Source: Alphaproteobacteria bacterium
GTDB taxonomy: Bacteria; Pseudomonadota; Alphaproteobacteria; JAAXGF01
Length of the DNA stretch: 64,000 bases
Direction: 5' to 3'
Assembly (NCBI GenBank): GCA_963555825.3
Contig: CAUVXB020000002.1
Location: forward strand, 2,240,001-2,304,000
In this document: piece by piece, positions 1 to 10,398 of the stretch
Layout of the letters: every line of letters starts with the position of its first letter
Numbering within the stretch: the first letter of the stretch is position 1
Notes under the pieces: model-generated
The model's database searches: none
What the model was told of the DNA's origin: nothing
The model's input: the letters and a program-made list of their open reading frames with translations, nothing else
Translations under genes and position numbers: made by a program

Positions 1-61
1 TGGCGTTGCGCCGCCAGCGGCGCTGCAGCGCCGCGAAGAGCACTTCAGGAATTCTTAACAT
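1..61 (-). CDS. 5' part of small DUF1127 (YjiS-like) protein, runs off the window
   Basis: Minus-strand ATG at 61 preceded by AGGAG; translates MLRIPEVLFAALQRRWRRNA...; the Arg-rich pattern and position divergent from a GcvA-like LysR are typical of DUF1127. Confidence 0.6.
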   Translation of the reverse strand, partial: MLRIPEVLFAALQRRWRRNA

Positions 62-150
62 TATCAAATCTCCTCTCGGCGAAGATTGGTATGACTTCTC
101 CAACTTGATGGCTATAATGCTTGACAACAATCGAGATTTCGCACGAGTAT

Positions 151-169
151 GATTTAGATAATCTAAATC
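151..169. promoter_or_regulatory. Palindromic operator, probable LysR binding site
   Basis: GATTTAGAT-A-ATCTAAATC is a perfect 9-bp inverted repeat between the divergent genes; TTGACA at 121-126. Confidence 0.55.
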
Positions 170-175
170 AATGGA

Positions 176-1084
176 ATGCCCATGGCCGACCGTCTGCCGT
201 CGCTTAACGCCCTGCGCGCCTTCGACTGCGTGGCGCGCCATCTGAGCGTGACAAAGGCGGCCGACGAGCTTCATGTCACGCCGGCGGCCGTGAGCCTGCA
301 GATCAAGGCGCTCGAGGCCGATCTCGGCGCCAAGCTGGTGCGCCGCGACGGCCGCGGCCTGGCGCTGACGACCGCCGGCAGGTCCGGCCTCGCCGATCTG
401 GGAGAGGGTTTCGATCGGTTGGCGCGGGCGGCGCGCACGATGCGTCCCGACCGCGATCGCCAGATGCTCACGGTCAGCGTCGAGCCATCCTTCGCGGCGA
501 CCTGGCTGGTGCGGCGTCTCGACCGCTTCAAGCGAGACCATCTCGGCATCGACGTGCGCATCGACGCCTCGATGGATCGTGCCGATTTCGCCCGCGACGG
601 CGTCGACGTCGGCATCCGCTACGGCACGGGCGACTACCCGGGGCTGGATGTCGTCCGCCTGTTCGACGACGAGGTCTTTCCGGTGTGCGCGCCGGCACTG
701 ATGGACGGCGTTCACCCGCTCGTCGAGCCCGGCGATCTGCGCTGGCACACGCTGTTGCACCTCGACTGGCCGCCGCATATGGGCGAGTGGCCCGACTGGT
801 CGTCGTGGCTGCGCGCCGCCGGGGTCGACGACGTCGACGCCGGGCCCGGCCCGCACTTCACCGACGAATCGATGGCCCTGCAGGCCGCCGTCCAGGGCCA
901 GGGCGTCGCGCTCGGCAACACCGCGCTGGTCGCCGACGACCTGGTGGCCGGCCGGCTGGTTTGGCCGTTCGCGCTGTGCCTGCCGACGATGTTCGCCTAT
1001 TACGTCGTCTGCCCCGAGGACCGCGCCGACGATCCGACGGTGACCGCCTTCCGCAATTGGCTGCTCGTCGAGGCGGCCGCCTGA
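176..1084 (+). CDS. gcvA: LysR-family transcriptional regulator, GcvA-like
   Basis: RLPSLNALRAF...AADELHVTPAAVS HTH; DVGIRYG and QGVALG substrate-binding domain motifs. Confidence 0.9.
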   Translation: MPMADRLPSLNALRAFDCVARHLSVTKAADELHVTPAAVSLQIKALEADLGAKLVRRDGRGLALTTAGRSGLADLGEGFDRLARAARTMRPDRDRQMLTVSVEPSFAATWLVRRLDRFKRDHLGIDVRIDASMDRADFARDGVDVGIRYGTGDYPGLDVVRLFDDEVFPVCAPALMDGVHPLVEPGDLRWHTLLHLDWPPHMGEWPDWSSWLRAAGVDDVDAGPGPHFTDESMALQAAVQGQGVALGNTALVADDLVAGRLVWPFALCLPTMFAYYVVCPEDRADDPTVTAFRNWLLVEAAA

Positions 1085-1717
1085 TCAGGCGACGTAATAG
1101 ACGAAAACCTGGTGCGCGACGTCGTGGCCCGATCCGGGCAGCGACAGGAAGGCGGGCGTTGCCTCGCTGCGCGACCAGCGCCCCTCGTGCTCGAGCGCAT
1201 CCTGGCGCGCCAGGAAGTCGTCGCCCGCGCCGCCGTCGACCCGGATCGAGAAGATCATCGGCGCGCCGGGCCGGGTCACCCGGATCAGTTCGTCGAAGGC
1301 ATCGGGCCTGGCGTGGCCGACGGTCAGCACGCCGACCGCCGTCATCGCCACGAAATGGTCGTCGGGGAAATCGAGCGTCTCGCCGAGCTTCATGCGACGA
1401 AGATCCCGGTAGACCGCCTTGGCGCGCGCGACGGCGAGCATGCCTTCGGAAAGGTCGATGCCGACCAGATCGCGATAGCCGAGCAGATGCAGCGTCTCGC
1501 CGATCATGCCGGTGCCGCAGCCGGCGTCGAGCACGGCGCCCTCGCCCGCATCGACGTGACGGCCGAACAACCCGGCGACCACCGCCGGCAGCTTGTAGCC
1601 CCAGCTGACCAGGTCGGCGTCGTAATCTGTCGCCCAACCGTCGTATCCGGCCGCCAGCTCGTCGTCGGTCTCGGCGCGATAGATCCGGTCGAGCTGCTCG
1701 TTGCGCGGCGTGCTCAT
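1085..1717 (-). CDS. Class I SAM-dependent methyltransferase
   Basis: VLDAGCGTG motif I; GIDLSEGML. Confidence 0.9.
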   Translation of the reverse strand: MSTPRNEQLDRIYRAETDDELAAGYDGWATDYDADLVSWGYKLPAVVAGLFGRHVDAGEGAVLDAGCGTGMIGETLHLLGYRDLVGIDLSEGMLAVARAKAVYRDLRRMKLGETLDFPDDHFVAMTAVGVLTVGHARPDAFDELIRVTRPGAPMIFSIRVDGGAGDDFLARQDALEHEGRWSRSEATPAFLSLPGSGHDVAHQVFVYYVA

Positions 1718-2088
1718 GGATCGCGGCTCAGGCCGCGGCCGGCGAGCGCGTCGAGGTAGGCCTGCCAGATGGTCTCGTAATCGGTGCCGATCTCATAGAG
1801 GTACTGCCACGAAAAGATGCCGGTGTCGTGCAGGTCGTCGAAGGTGATCTTGACCGCGTAGTTGCCGACCGCCGTGACGTCCATGATGCCGACGTGACGC
1901 CGCCCGGCGATGATCTGCTTCTGGCTCGGCCCGTGGCCCTGGACCTCGGCCGACGGGCTCTCGACGCGCAGGAACTCGGCCGGATAGCTGAACGTCGTGC
2001 CGTTGTCGAAGGTGACGTCGAGCGCCTTGTCCTCGCGCTTCAGCCGGATCTCGACCGGCCAGTGCTCGGCGCCGAACGATCCGCTCAC
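1714..2088 (-). CDS. DUF971 (gamma-butyrobetaine hydroxylase-like N-terminal) protein
   Basis: [16 protein letters not shown] and [21 protein letters not shown]. Confidence 0.9.
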   Translation of the reverse strand: MSGSFGAEHWPVEIRLKREDKALDVTFDNGTTFSYPAEFLRVESPSAEVQGHGPSQKQIIAGRRHVGIMDVTAVGNYAVKITFDDLHDTGIFSWQYLYEIGTDYETIWQAYLDALAGRGLSRDP

Positions 2089-2342
2089 GGCGTCGCCTGG
2101 GCATCACCGCCGTCGTCGAGGTGGCGCGCCTTGTCGATCAGCATGATCGGGATGCCATCGCGGATCGGATAGGCGAGGCCGGCCTGCTCGCTGATCAGCT
2201 CCTGGCCCTCGCGGTCGTAGCGCAGCGGCCCCTTGGTCAGCGGGCAGACCAGGATTTCGAGAAGCTTGGGGTCGACGCTGGCGCCATCGTCGGTCGACCG
2301 CTTGTCCGCCGCGTCGTCCGGCGCGTCGTCATGTTCACTCAT
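2085..2342 (-). CDS. Trm112/YcaR family protein
   Basis: [17 protein letters not shown]...[12 protein letters not shown]; ATG at 2342 overlaps the upstream stop (ATGA). Confidence 0.9.
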   Translation of the reverse strand: MSEHDDAPDDAADKRSTDDGASVDPKLLEILVCPLTKGPLRYDREGQELISEQAGLAYPIRDGIPIMLIDKARHLDDGGDAQATP

Positions 2343-3016
2343 TGCAGCATGCCCTCCATGTCGGCGTCGACATCCGACGCCGCCAGCATTTCCATCAATG
2401 TTACCAGGATTTCCGCGCAAGCGCCGATGTCGGCGGCTTCCAGCAGCGCCTGCTTCTCGCCCGGGTTGAACGGGAACAGCATGGCGAGCGACGTCACCAG
2501 GCGGTCGCTCGGCATGCGCTCGACCGCCGGCCAATCGATTTCGTTGCCCGAGCCGGCCGGCACGCATAACTGCAGCGCCCGCATCAGCCGGTCGCGGTCG
2601 ACGGTCGCCGCATCGGGTTCGGCGAGATCGTCAAGGTAGCGCCCATAGGTCGGACAGACGCGCCGGTAGCCGGTATCCGTGAGCGCGATCTCGTCGGCGA
2701 CGACGAAGCGGCAGACGCCCGACAGCGTGATCAAAAAACGCCCGTCGTCGGTTTCTTGGAACGCAGTGATGCGCCCGGCGCAGCCGGTGTCGTAGACCGC
2801 CGGTGACGGCTCGCGTTCACCGCCCGGCGCGCGCGGCTGGATCATGCCGATCAGCTGATTGCCGATCATCGCCTCGCGTGTCATCGCCAGATAGCGTGGC
2901 TCGAATATATTGAGCGGCAATTGGCCGCGCGGCAACAGGAGAACACCCGACAGCGGAAAGATCGGCAGAATGTCAGGGAGGCCCCGTACGCCATCGCGCC
3001 CGGTCTCGGAGGTCAT
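2339..3016 (-). CDS. LON peptidase substrate-binding domain protein
   Basis: [26 protein letters not shown]; ATGA overlap with the upstream gene. Confidence 0.9.
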   Translation of the reverse strand: MTSETGRDGVRGLPDILPIFPLSGVLLLPRGQLPLNIFEPRYLAMTREAMIGNQLIGMIQPRAPGGEREPSPAVYDTGCAGRITAFQETDDGRFLITLSGVCRFVVADEIALTDTGYRRVCPTYGRYLDDLAEPDAATVDRDRLMRALQLCVPAGSGNEIDWPAVERMPSDRLVTSLAMLFPFNPGEKQALLEAADIGACAEILVTLMEMLAASDVDADMEGMLQ

Positions 3017-3933
3017 GCGAAGAGAATCGACGACAGCCTTCGACGCGCCGCGACGGTCAGGGGATCGGTCTGGCCGAAGGCCTCGAACAGGGTGAGCAGC
3101 TGAGTGCGCGCCGCCGCTTCGTTCCACTCGGCGTCGCGCCGCACGATCTCGAGCAGCTGGTCGACCGCAGCCTCGCGCTGGTTGGCGCCGTAATGTGCCA
3201 TGGCCAGGTCGAAGCGCGTCTGGTGGTCGTCGGGATCGGCGGCGAGCCTTGCTTCCAGCGCGTCGTGATCGCCTACCGAATCGGCGGCGTCGGCGGCCTG
3301 CTCGGCGAGCACCAGCGCCGAACGGGCGCCGGTGATCGCCGCGTGATCGGCCTGCGCGTCATCGATCGGGTCCAAGAGCGCGCGGGCCCCGGCCAAGTCG
3401 CCCGTCTCGATATGGCAGCGCGCCAGACCGGCGATGGCGTCCGGGTTGTCGGGCTCGTGGTTTATGACCTGGGCGAACAGCGCACTGGCGGCGCCGTGGT
3501 CGCCGTTCTCGAGCGCCGCGGTGGCGCGCTCGAGCGCTTGCTCGACCGGCGTCGGGCCGATCTCGCCGACCAGCCGCTCTATGAAGCTCTTGATCTGGCT
3601 TTCGGGCACCGCGCCGACGAAGCCGTCGACCGGACGGCCGTCGACCACGGCGTGGACCGCGGGGATCGACTGGACGCGGAAGGCCTGGGCAATCTGCGGG
3701 TTCTCGTCGATGTTGACCTTGACCAGCTTGACCCTGCCGCCGGCGGCGCGCACCGATTTCTCGAGCACCGGGGTGATCTGCTTGCACGGCTCGCACCAGG
3801 GCGCCCAGAAATCGACGATGACCGGCGTCTCCTGCGACGCGACCAATACGTCTGTCTCGAACGACTCCGTGTCGGCGTCCTTGATAAGCCCGTCCGGGGC
3901 GTCGGCCGGCGGCGCGCCAATTATCGGTTCCAT
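3013..3933 (-). CDS. cnoX: Thioredoxin-TPR chaperedoxin (YbbN/CnoX family)
   Basis: VDFWAPWCEPCKQ thioredoxin motif, TPR-like C-terminus ending [10 protein letters not shown]. Confidence 0.9.
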   Translation of the reverse strand: MEPIIGAPPADAPDGLIKDADTESFETDVLVASQETPVIVDFWAPWCEPCKQITPVLEKSVRAAGGRVKLVKVNIDENPQIAQAFRVQSIPAVHAVVDGRPVDGFVGAVPESQIKSFIERLVGEIGPTPVEQALERATAALENGDHGAASALFAQVINHEPDNPDAIAGLARCHIETGDLAGARALLDPIDDAQADHAAITGARSALVLAEQAADAADSVGDHDALEARLAADPDDHQTRFDLAMAHYGANQREAAVDQLLEIVRRDAEWNEAAARTQLLTLFEAFGQTDPLTVAARRRLSSILFA

Positions 3934-4002
3934 GTCCTCGCCCTCAGCGTTTGGTGTCACTCAAAGATGGCGGCTCGCGAGCCGGCTGGCAAGGGTTAGA
4001 CC

Positions 4003-4135
4003 CATGTGCGGCCACCTTTGACTCGCGTAAAGGTGGCCTGCGCTCAATCGCCGCGCACGCCATTCTTTATCCCACAAGGACTCGCCGAACGGTCGGCGGC
4101 CCCCCTCTTGTCCCATTAGGACTGGCGCGGGCTGG
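4003..4135 (-). repeat. Dispersed intergenic repeat, copy 1 (inverted relative to the copy at 17359-17533)
   Basis: Reverse complement aligns with 17359-17533, sharing ccagcccgcgcca, ccgccgaccgttcgg, ccttgtgggataaagaatgg, gcgcggcgattgagcgcagg and gcgagtcaaaggtggccg. Confidence 0.85.
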
Positions 4136-4180
4136 GGTTGTCCGACCGAGATCAATCGAACGGATATTTCTCCACTCCGC

Positions 4181-4678
4181 CTAGAGCGTCGCGAAGTCGA
4201 AGTGACGGCATGGGTGTCCGAGCGCGGCGATAAAGGCGTCGAGACCGGCCGGCGTGATCGCCGTCGTCGCGTCGTTGCCGAGCGGGTGGTAGTTCAAGAG
4301 GTCGAGGCCCATCATCTCGCGGTCGAGCACGACCTCGACGCGCCGCGCCGGGTCGTTGATCAGCGCGAGCGGCGTCACCGCGCCGGGGATGACGCCGAGC
4401 ACCTCCATCAACAGCTCGGCCCTGCCGAACGAAAAGCGCGCCGCGCCGAGCGCCTTCGACAGCGCCTTCAGGTCGACCGCGCGCTCGTCCAGCGTGACGA
4501 CCAGCCACAGCTTGGCCTTCTTGTCCTTGAGGAACAGGCTCTTGCAATGGCCGCCCGGCAGGTGGCCGCAGTGTCGCTGCGCTTCGGCGACGGTGAACAC
4601 CGGCGGGTGCTCGTGGGTCGTCGTCTCGATGCCGAGATCGGCCAGGCGTTCGAACAGCGTTTCGCGGGTTACTGCCAT
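4181..4678 (-). CDS. proX: Prolyl-tRNA editing protein (ProX, YbaK superfamily)
   Basis: HPPVFTVAEA, GGHCKSLFLKDKK, LGVIPGAVTP, NYHPLGNDAT. Confidence 0.85.
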   Translation of the reverse strand: MAVTRETLFERLADLGIETTTHEHPPVFTVAEAQRHCGHLPGGHCKSLFLKDKKAKLWLVVTLDERAVDLKALSKALGAARFSFGRAELLMEVLGVIPGAVTPLALINDPARRVEVVLDREMMGLDLLNYHPLGNDATTAITPAGLDAFIAALGHPCRHFDFATL

Positions 4679-4798
4679 GGCGTGGTATAGTGCCGGCACC
4701 CTGGCGCTGGCTCAAGCGCCAACTCGGACTTGCAAAGCCGGGGGCCTTCACTTAAGTATCGGGCGATCGATCGCGCCGGTCGCAGGCGCGGAAGCTAA

Positions 4799-4873
4799 GC
4801 GGGCGTAGCTCAGTGGTAGAGCACAACCTTGCCAAGGTTGGGGTCGTGAGTTCGAATCTCATCGCCCGCTCCA
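4799..4873 (+). tRNA. tRNA-Gly (GCC)
   Basis: GCGGGCG acceptor stem, TAGCTCAGTGGTAGAGC D-arm, anticodon loop TTGCCAA, GTTCGAATC T-loop, encoded CCA. Confidence 0.97.
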
Positions 4874-4910
4874 TTTCTTTCGGTTTTCGAGCGACTTTTC
4901 TTCGGTACTA

Positions 4911-4934
4911 GGCCCGGCCTTCGCGCCGGGCTTT
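4911..4934 (+). terminator. Hairpin downstream of tRNA-Gly
   Basis: gcccggc-cttcgc-gccgggc stem followed by ttt. Confidence 0.45.
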
Positions 4935-5037
4935 CGCCGTCTTGGGCGCCGGGCGAGGTATCCGAGTGCACTGCGTACGCGCAGATAAGCCGGCGCCGCC
5001 ATTCGATCGGCACGGCCGACGCGCTCGCACGGCCCCG

Positions 5038-5245
5038 TTAGCGGCGCCGCGCGGCGCGTTCGAGGGGCGTCGGCGGTCAGCACCCAGTTGGTCAGGGCGC
5101 GGTCCTCATGGCTCATGCGCCAGCTCAGCATCTTCTGGGCGTACTCCAGGACCAGGCCCCGGTACGCCGGATCATCGGCCAGGTTGCGGAGTTCCGCCGG
5201 GTCCTCTTCGAGGTCGAAGAACAGCGCCGGCAGGGCGGTGAAATG
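5038..5245 (-). pseudogene. 3' remnant of a sulfatase / phosphonate monoester hydrolase-like gene
   Basis: HFTALPALFFDLEEDPAELRNLADDPAY...QKMLSWRMSH matches the C-terminus of alkaline-phosphatase-superfamily hydrolases; the 5' portion is missing. Confidence 0.7.
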
Positions 5246-5269
5246 GGCGTTTTTATGCGGGCTGGACAC

Positions 5270-6130
5270 TCAGCGGACATTCGGCTGAGCCGCATGAGCT
5301 TCACGAATCAGCGCTCCCGGTGCGGCATTTTTGTGGCTGACCAGGGGGTTAAGTTCACGGAGCAGTTTGCGCAGGAAGGCGCGCGCGAAGTCGTCATAAT
5401 CATTTGCAATCTCGATGAAAGCACCCGGACCCTGGATAACATTTTCGCGGTAATACGTTTCCATCTCGAAGAAATCGACGTTGGTATGAGCGTGATAACG
5501 ACCCATGCTCATCGGGCCCGGCGGGGATGGTGTGCGTGCGGAATATTCAACGATACGAGTGAGGATAGGCAAACCGTTGATCACGATCCCCAGGGCATTT
5601 GCCGCTTGTCGGGGTATGGCTAGGTGTACGCCGATATTGTTGCGGCCGTCGCCCGATACATCGATCTTCAACTGGCGGCCTTCGAATGCGTTTTCGGCAA
5701 TCATACGAACGCCAAAATCAATGGCCTCGCCAATCCCGGTGAAGACACGCTTCGGATCGCGTTCAGCTTTTTCCACCTTGGCGGCGAATGCCAAGACACT
5801 CGCTGGATCCTTCAGCAGGTGCCAGGGGATCATGTATTGCTCGTTGACCTCCGAGCTCCATTGGAAGAGTGTCACGGCGACACCGTCTTGCTGCCCAATA
5901 AGGCTGACGATTTCGGGCGTTCGAAAGGCGCTGGCAATCCCTTTCATCAAAAGACCGAATTCAAAGCCGTCGATGCTCATCGAGGTATCGACAGCAAAAA
6001 CGAGTTCAATCGATATCGGGGTTTTTGCCCGCGCGCCTTCAATCGGCAGAAGCGCCACGGCCGCCCAAACAGCCATTGCGGCGTTCGAGAGAAACTGCAC
6101 TAGGAACGTAGAACCCGTTCTTTCTCGCAT
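5270..6130 (-). CDS. DUF1194 (vWA-like) exported protein
   Basis: ELVFAVDTSMSID, TLFQWS, KIDVSGDGRNN, YYRENVIQGPGAF; signal-like N-terminus. Confidence 0.85.
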   Translation of the reverse strand: MRERTGSTFLVQFLSNAAMAVWAAVALLPIEGARAKTPISIELVFAVDTSMSIDGFEFGLLMKGIASAFRTPEIVSLIGQQDGVAVTLFQWSSEVNEQYMIPWHLLKDPASVLAFAAKVEKAERDPKRVFTGIGEAIDFGVRMIAENAFEGRQLKIDVSGDGRNNIGVHLAIPRQAANALGIVINGLPILTRIVEYSARTPSPPGPMSMGRYHAHTNVDFFEMETYYRENVIQGPGAFIEIANDYDDFARAFLRKLLRELNPLVSHKNAAPGALIREAHAAQPNVR

Positions 6131-6442
6131 TATCTACCGGCAGATCTGATTGGGACGAAAGCGCCTTGGTCATTGGTTGGTCAAAGGCGCGCGGCTCACC
6201 CGCCCCGACTTTCATCGTCAAATCATATCAGTGTTTCGGGGCCCATTCGAAGGAAACTACCTTCGCGGCGCATACAAACACACCCGCCGGAGTCGAACGG
6301 ATAGGGAGTGGATGCATCGAACGGCACAGCTTCCGAATACCGGTGAACCTAATGAAGGAGCTCGAAGCTGCGTCCCTCGGCTTCATAGCACCCTACTGGC
6401 GGTCAACGGCCGCGGTGCACCGAAGGACCCGTTGATGAGCTA

Positions 6443-7610
6443 ATACCATCGAGCATTGAAGGAGACTCATTTAGGGGATTCCCAAACGGCAAGAAGTCTG
6501 AATCAATGAGGCGAACTGATACGGAGGTTCGCTATGGGCAGAGCGGTTGCGTTACGGGAAGATTTTGATGGTCCGGCGCTTCGGCGGTTAGCCAAGGCGT
6601 CGAAGGATGCTGGACAGAGCCGGCGGCTTCTTGCGCTGGCTGAGATTTACGATGGTGGCCGTCGCACGGAGGCGGCGCGGATCGGTACTGTCGGGCTCCA
6701 GGTGGTCCGTGACTGGGTTCTCCGTTTCAACGCCAAGGGGCCGGATGGTCTGATTGACGGCAAGGCGACAGGCAAGCCGGCCAAGCTCAATGACAGGCAG
6801 CGACAAGCGCTCGCTCGGCTTGTTGAGAGCGGACCGATTCCGGCGATCCACGGTGTCGTGCGTTGGCGCCGAAAGGACCTGGCGCATTGGATATTCGAAG
6901 AGTTCCGCATTTCGGTTGATGAGACGACGGTGGGCCGTGAATTGAGGGCGCTGGGGTTTCGCAAGATATCGGCACGACCACGCCACAAGGGGCAGAACGA
7001 GTTTGCCGTCGAGGATTTAAAAAAAACTTCCCCGCCGGGTTGGGGGAGATCCGAGCCAGGCTCCCGGCCAACACCGCGATAGAAATTTGGTGGCAAGATG
7101 AGGCCCGGGTCGGCCAGAAAACCATGCTCACCCGGCGCTGGGCGCGACGCGGCAGCCGACCCACGGCGCTCCGGGACCAACGCACGAAGTCGGCCTATAT
7201 CTTTGGTGCCATCTGTCCCGCGCGCGGTGTCGGTGCGGGCCTTGTCCTGCCCCGCTGCAACACTCAGGCCATGCAATGGCATCTTGATGAAATCTCGGCC
7301 CTGGTGACACCAGGCGCTCACGCTGTACTCATCATCGACCGGGCCGGATGGCACACCACCGGCAGGCTCGAGATCCCATCCAACATCACATTGATGTTCT
7401 TGCCACCAAGAGCGCCCGAGCTGAACCCCGTCGAAAACATATGGCAGTTCATGCGCGATAACTGGCTTTCCAACAGGATATTCAAGACCTACGACGATAT
7501 CGTCGCGCTGTGTTGCGAAGCCTGGAACAGGCTCATCGATCAACCCTGGAAGATCATGTCGATCGGACGCCGAAAATGGGCCCATGGGTTCTGATTAATG
7601 CCCGTTGGTA
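6443..7610 (+). mobile_element. IS630-family insertion sequence
   Basis: Ends ATACCATCGAGCATT / AATGCCCGTTGGTA, flanked by TA on both sides; two overlapping ORFs. Confidence 0.92.
6534..7594 (+). CDS. IS630 transposase (HTH ORF plus DDE ORF joined by a -1 frameshift at the A-run near 7019-7026)
   Basis: WQDEARVG, IIDRAGWH, PPRAPELNPVENIW. Confidence 0.9.
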
Positions 7611-7619
7611 TAAAGCGTC

Positions 7620-8108
7620 ATCCGAGCGCGTGGAATCGCCCGATATTCGGACTAAAGCGCCAGCTCTTCGGCGAAATGGCACGAGACGAAGTGATCGTCG
7701 TCGATCTCGCGCCATTCGGGCTCCTCCGTCTTGCAACGATCCTGCGCGAAGGGGCGGCGCGTATGGAATTTTCAGCCCGGCGGCGGGTCTATCGGGCTCG
7801 GAATTTCGCCTTCGAGCTTGGTCGCCGTCTGTTCGGCGCCCGGGTCGAGGTGGGGAATAGCCGAGAGCAGCGCCTGGGTATAGGGATGACGCGGCGCCGC
7901 GAACAGGTCACGCGTCGGCGCCGTTTCGACTAGACGTCCCAGATACATCACCGCCACATGATCGCAAATATGGGCGACCACGCTGAGGTCGTGGTTGGTG
8001 AACAGGAATGTGATTTCCAAATCTCCCGTCAAAGACTTCAGGAGATTGAGGATGTCCGCCTGGATTAAGACATCAAGCACCGCCATGCTTTCGTCAGCGA
8101 CCAGGAAC
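7620..8108 (-). pseudogene. 3' half of a second OppF-like ABC ATPase
   Basis: FLVADESMAVLDV...HDLSVVAHICDHVAVMYLG...; TGA in place of Cys in PPG-C-KFHTR; no Walker A region. Confidence 0.8.
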
Positions 8109-8170
8109 AGCGTGTTAGGCGGTGTTAAAGCAAAAAGGGCACTGTGTTGGTTATTAGCAGAAACCCAAGT

Positions 8171-9382
8171 TTACAATGCGCAAGCGAATGGGAGCGCTAG
8201 CAGCGCTAGTATACAAGCCGTAATAGCTATACGGTTTTTTCTGCGCAATTTAGCGAGTTCGCTCGCCAGCACCTCCGCCGCCACCGGCTCCACTTCGGCC
8301 GCCGGCGCCGGCTCGAGTTTGGGCTTAGGTTCGGGCTCGGGTCGGGGTTCAGGCGCGCGAGCCGTCACGATGGCGGGGGCTTGATCCTCGAACAGTTCCT
8401 CCCACCTGTGGCAGGCCACGTCGTGTTCAAACCCGAGCTGCGACAGCATGGGTTCCTCCGTGCGGCAAATATCGATGGCATGCGGGCAACGGGTTTGGAA
8501 CTTGCAGCCGGGCGGCGGATTGGTGGGGCTGGGAATTTCGCCCTCGAGCTTCTGTGCCTGTCCGCTGTGATCCGGATCCAGGGACGGGATCGCCGAGAGC
8601 AGCGCCTTGGTATAGGGGTGACGCGGCGCCGCGAACAGCTCACGCGTCGGCGCCGTCTCGACGAGACGCCCGAGATACATCACCGCCACATGATCGCAAA
8701 TATGGGCGACCACGCTGAGGTCGTGGCTGATGAACAGGAACGTGATGCCCAATTCCTCGGTCAGGGACTTCAGAAGATTAAGAATGTCCGCCTGGATCGA
8801 GACGTCGAGCGCCGCGACGCTTTCGTCGGCAACCAGGAACTTGGGCTGGCAGACCAATGCCCGGGCAATGGATATGCGCTGGCGCTGGCCACCCGAGAAG
8901 GCATGGGGAAAGCGCCGGAGATGCTCCAGATTGAGCCGGCACATGGCGGCCATTTCACGCACCCGCGCATCCGTGTCTTTGCGCGACGCCGTCAGGCCCA
9001 TGACCTCAAGGGGTTCGGCGATAATGTCGCGCACGGTCATGCGCGGCGACAGCGCCGCGTAAGGATCCTGGAAGATCAATTGGGCGCGCTTGCGGTAGTC
9101 CTTCAGATCAGCCTTACCGAGTGAGGCGACATCGTAGTCGACCTCGCCATCATTGTAGGCGATGGTCCCATTGGTGATGGGGGCGGCCTGCAGGATGGCG
9201 CGGCCGAACGTCGTCTTGCCGGATCCGCTTTCGCCAACCAGGCCGAAGAAGGAGCCCTTCGGGATGTCGAGGGAAATGTTTTCGACGGCACGGACAACTT
9301 TCTGCTCGCCAAACAGCTTGCGGCCGAGGCCGAAATGCACCGACAGGTTTTTGGCGGAGATAAGGGGTGTTTCTTCGTTCAT
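8171..9382 (-). CDS. Opp/Dpp-type ABC transporter ATP-binding protein with a Pro/Glu-rich, hydrophobic C-terminal extension
   Basis: GESGSGKT, FSGGQRQR, oligo_HPY domain; ATGA overlap with the upstream gene. Confidence 0.9.
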   Translation of the reverse strand: MNEETPLISAKNLSVHFGLGRKLFGEQKVVRAVENISLDIPKGSFFGLVGESGSGKTTFGRAILQAAPITNGTIAYNDGEVDYDVASLGKADLKDYRKRAQLIFQDPYAALSPRMTVRDIIAEPLEVMGLTASRKDTDARVREMAAMCRLNLEHLRRFPHAFSGGQRQRISIARALVCQPKFLVADESVAALDVSIQADILNLLKSLTEELGITFLFISHDLSVVAHICDHVAVMYLGRLVETAPTRELFAAPRHPYTKALLSAIPSLDPDHSGQAQKLEGEIPSPTNPPPGCKFQTRCPHAIDICRTEEPMLSQLGFEHDVACHRWEELFEDQAPAIVTARAPEPRPEPEPKPKLEPAPAAEVEPVAAEVLASELAKLRRKNRIAITACILALLALPFACAL

Positions 9383-10398
9383 GCCGAGGCCTCCGGTACG
9401 CCGCCAGGACCGTATTGGGCGACAAAACACGATGCCACATGGCCCTCGCTCAATGTGGTCGGGGTCGGTATGTCGGCATCGCATCTGCCCTCTATCATTT
9501 GCGAACATCGCGTATGGAATACGCAGCCGGGCGGCCGGTCGAGGGGGCTCGGGATGTCGCCGGGCACCGGCGTCAGCGGCACGTCGAGCTCTTCCAGTTT
9601 CGGGATCGCATTCAGCAGTCCCTGGGTGTAGGGATGGGCCGGTTCGCGGATCACCTGGCGGACCGAGCCGGTCTCGATGAGCTTGCCCAGATACATCACG
9701 GAGACGTTGTCGGCGGTTTGCGCGATAACGCCAAGATCGTGGGTGATGAAAAGAATGCCCATGCCGTATTCGGTGACAAGACCCCTCATCAGGTCGATGA
9801 CCTGGGCTTGAATTGTGACGTCGAGCGCCGTTGTCGGCTCGTCGGCGATCAAGAGCTTGGGTTTGGTCGAAAGCGCCATGGCGATCATGGCGCGCTGGCG
9901 CATGCCGCCGGAAAACTCGAAGGCATATTGTCCGAAACGCGTGGCCGCGTCGGAAATGCCGACCCGCTCCAGCATCTCAATGGAATGGTCGCGGGCCCGC
10001 TCCTTGTTCATATCAGTGTGCAGCAGGAGTTGCTCCACCATTTGATCGCCGATCGTGATGGCCGGCGCGAAGCTCGCCATGGGTTCCTGGAAAATCATGG
10101 AAACCGCCCCGCCGCGCACGACCTTCAAGTCGCGGTCGGTTTTCAGTTTGAGCACTTCCACGCTTTCGTCGTCGGTGGTCAAGGTAATCCGGCTTTCCGG
10201 CGAATAGACCGCGTTGCCGGGATTCAATTGCATCAGCGACTTGGCTGTCACCGATTTTCCGGACCCCGATTCCCCGACCAGACCCATGATTTCACCGGGC
10301 GCCACCTCGAAGGACACGTTATCGACGGCCGTGATCAGACCTTCGTCCGTCTTGAACTGCAGGGTCAGGTTCTCAACTTTGATAAGCGGGCTACTCAT
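9379..10398 (-). CDS. Opp/Dpp-type ABC transporter ATP-binding protein (OppD-like)
   Basis: GESGSGKS, FSGGMRQR, ADEPTTALDV, HPYT. Confidence 0.93.
   Translation of the reverse strand: MSSPLIKVENLTLQFKTDEGLITAVDNVSFEVAPGEIMGLVGESGSGKSVTAKSLMQLNPGNAVYSPESRITLTTDDESVEVLKLKTDRDLKVVRGGAVSMIFQEPMASFAPAITIGDQMVEQLLLHTDMNKERARDHSIEMLERVGISDAATRFGQYAFEFSGGMRQRAMIAMALSTKPKLLIADEPTTALDVTIQAQVIDLMRGLVTEYGMGILFITHDLGVIAQTADNVSVMYLGKLIETGSVRQVIREPAHPYTQGLLNAIPKLEELDVPLTPVPGDIPSPLDRPPGCVFHTRCSQMIEGRCDADIPTPTTLSEGHVASCFVAQYGPGGVPEASA

Noticed and set aside
4799-4873. tRNA-Gly as integration site of the neighbouring islet
   Set aside because: No duplicated tRNA 3' end or adjacent integrase seen
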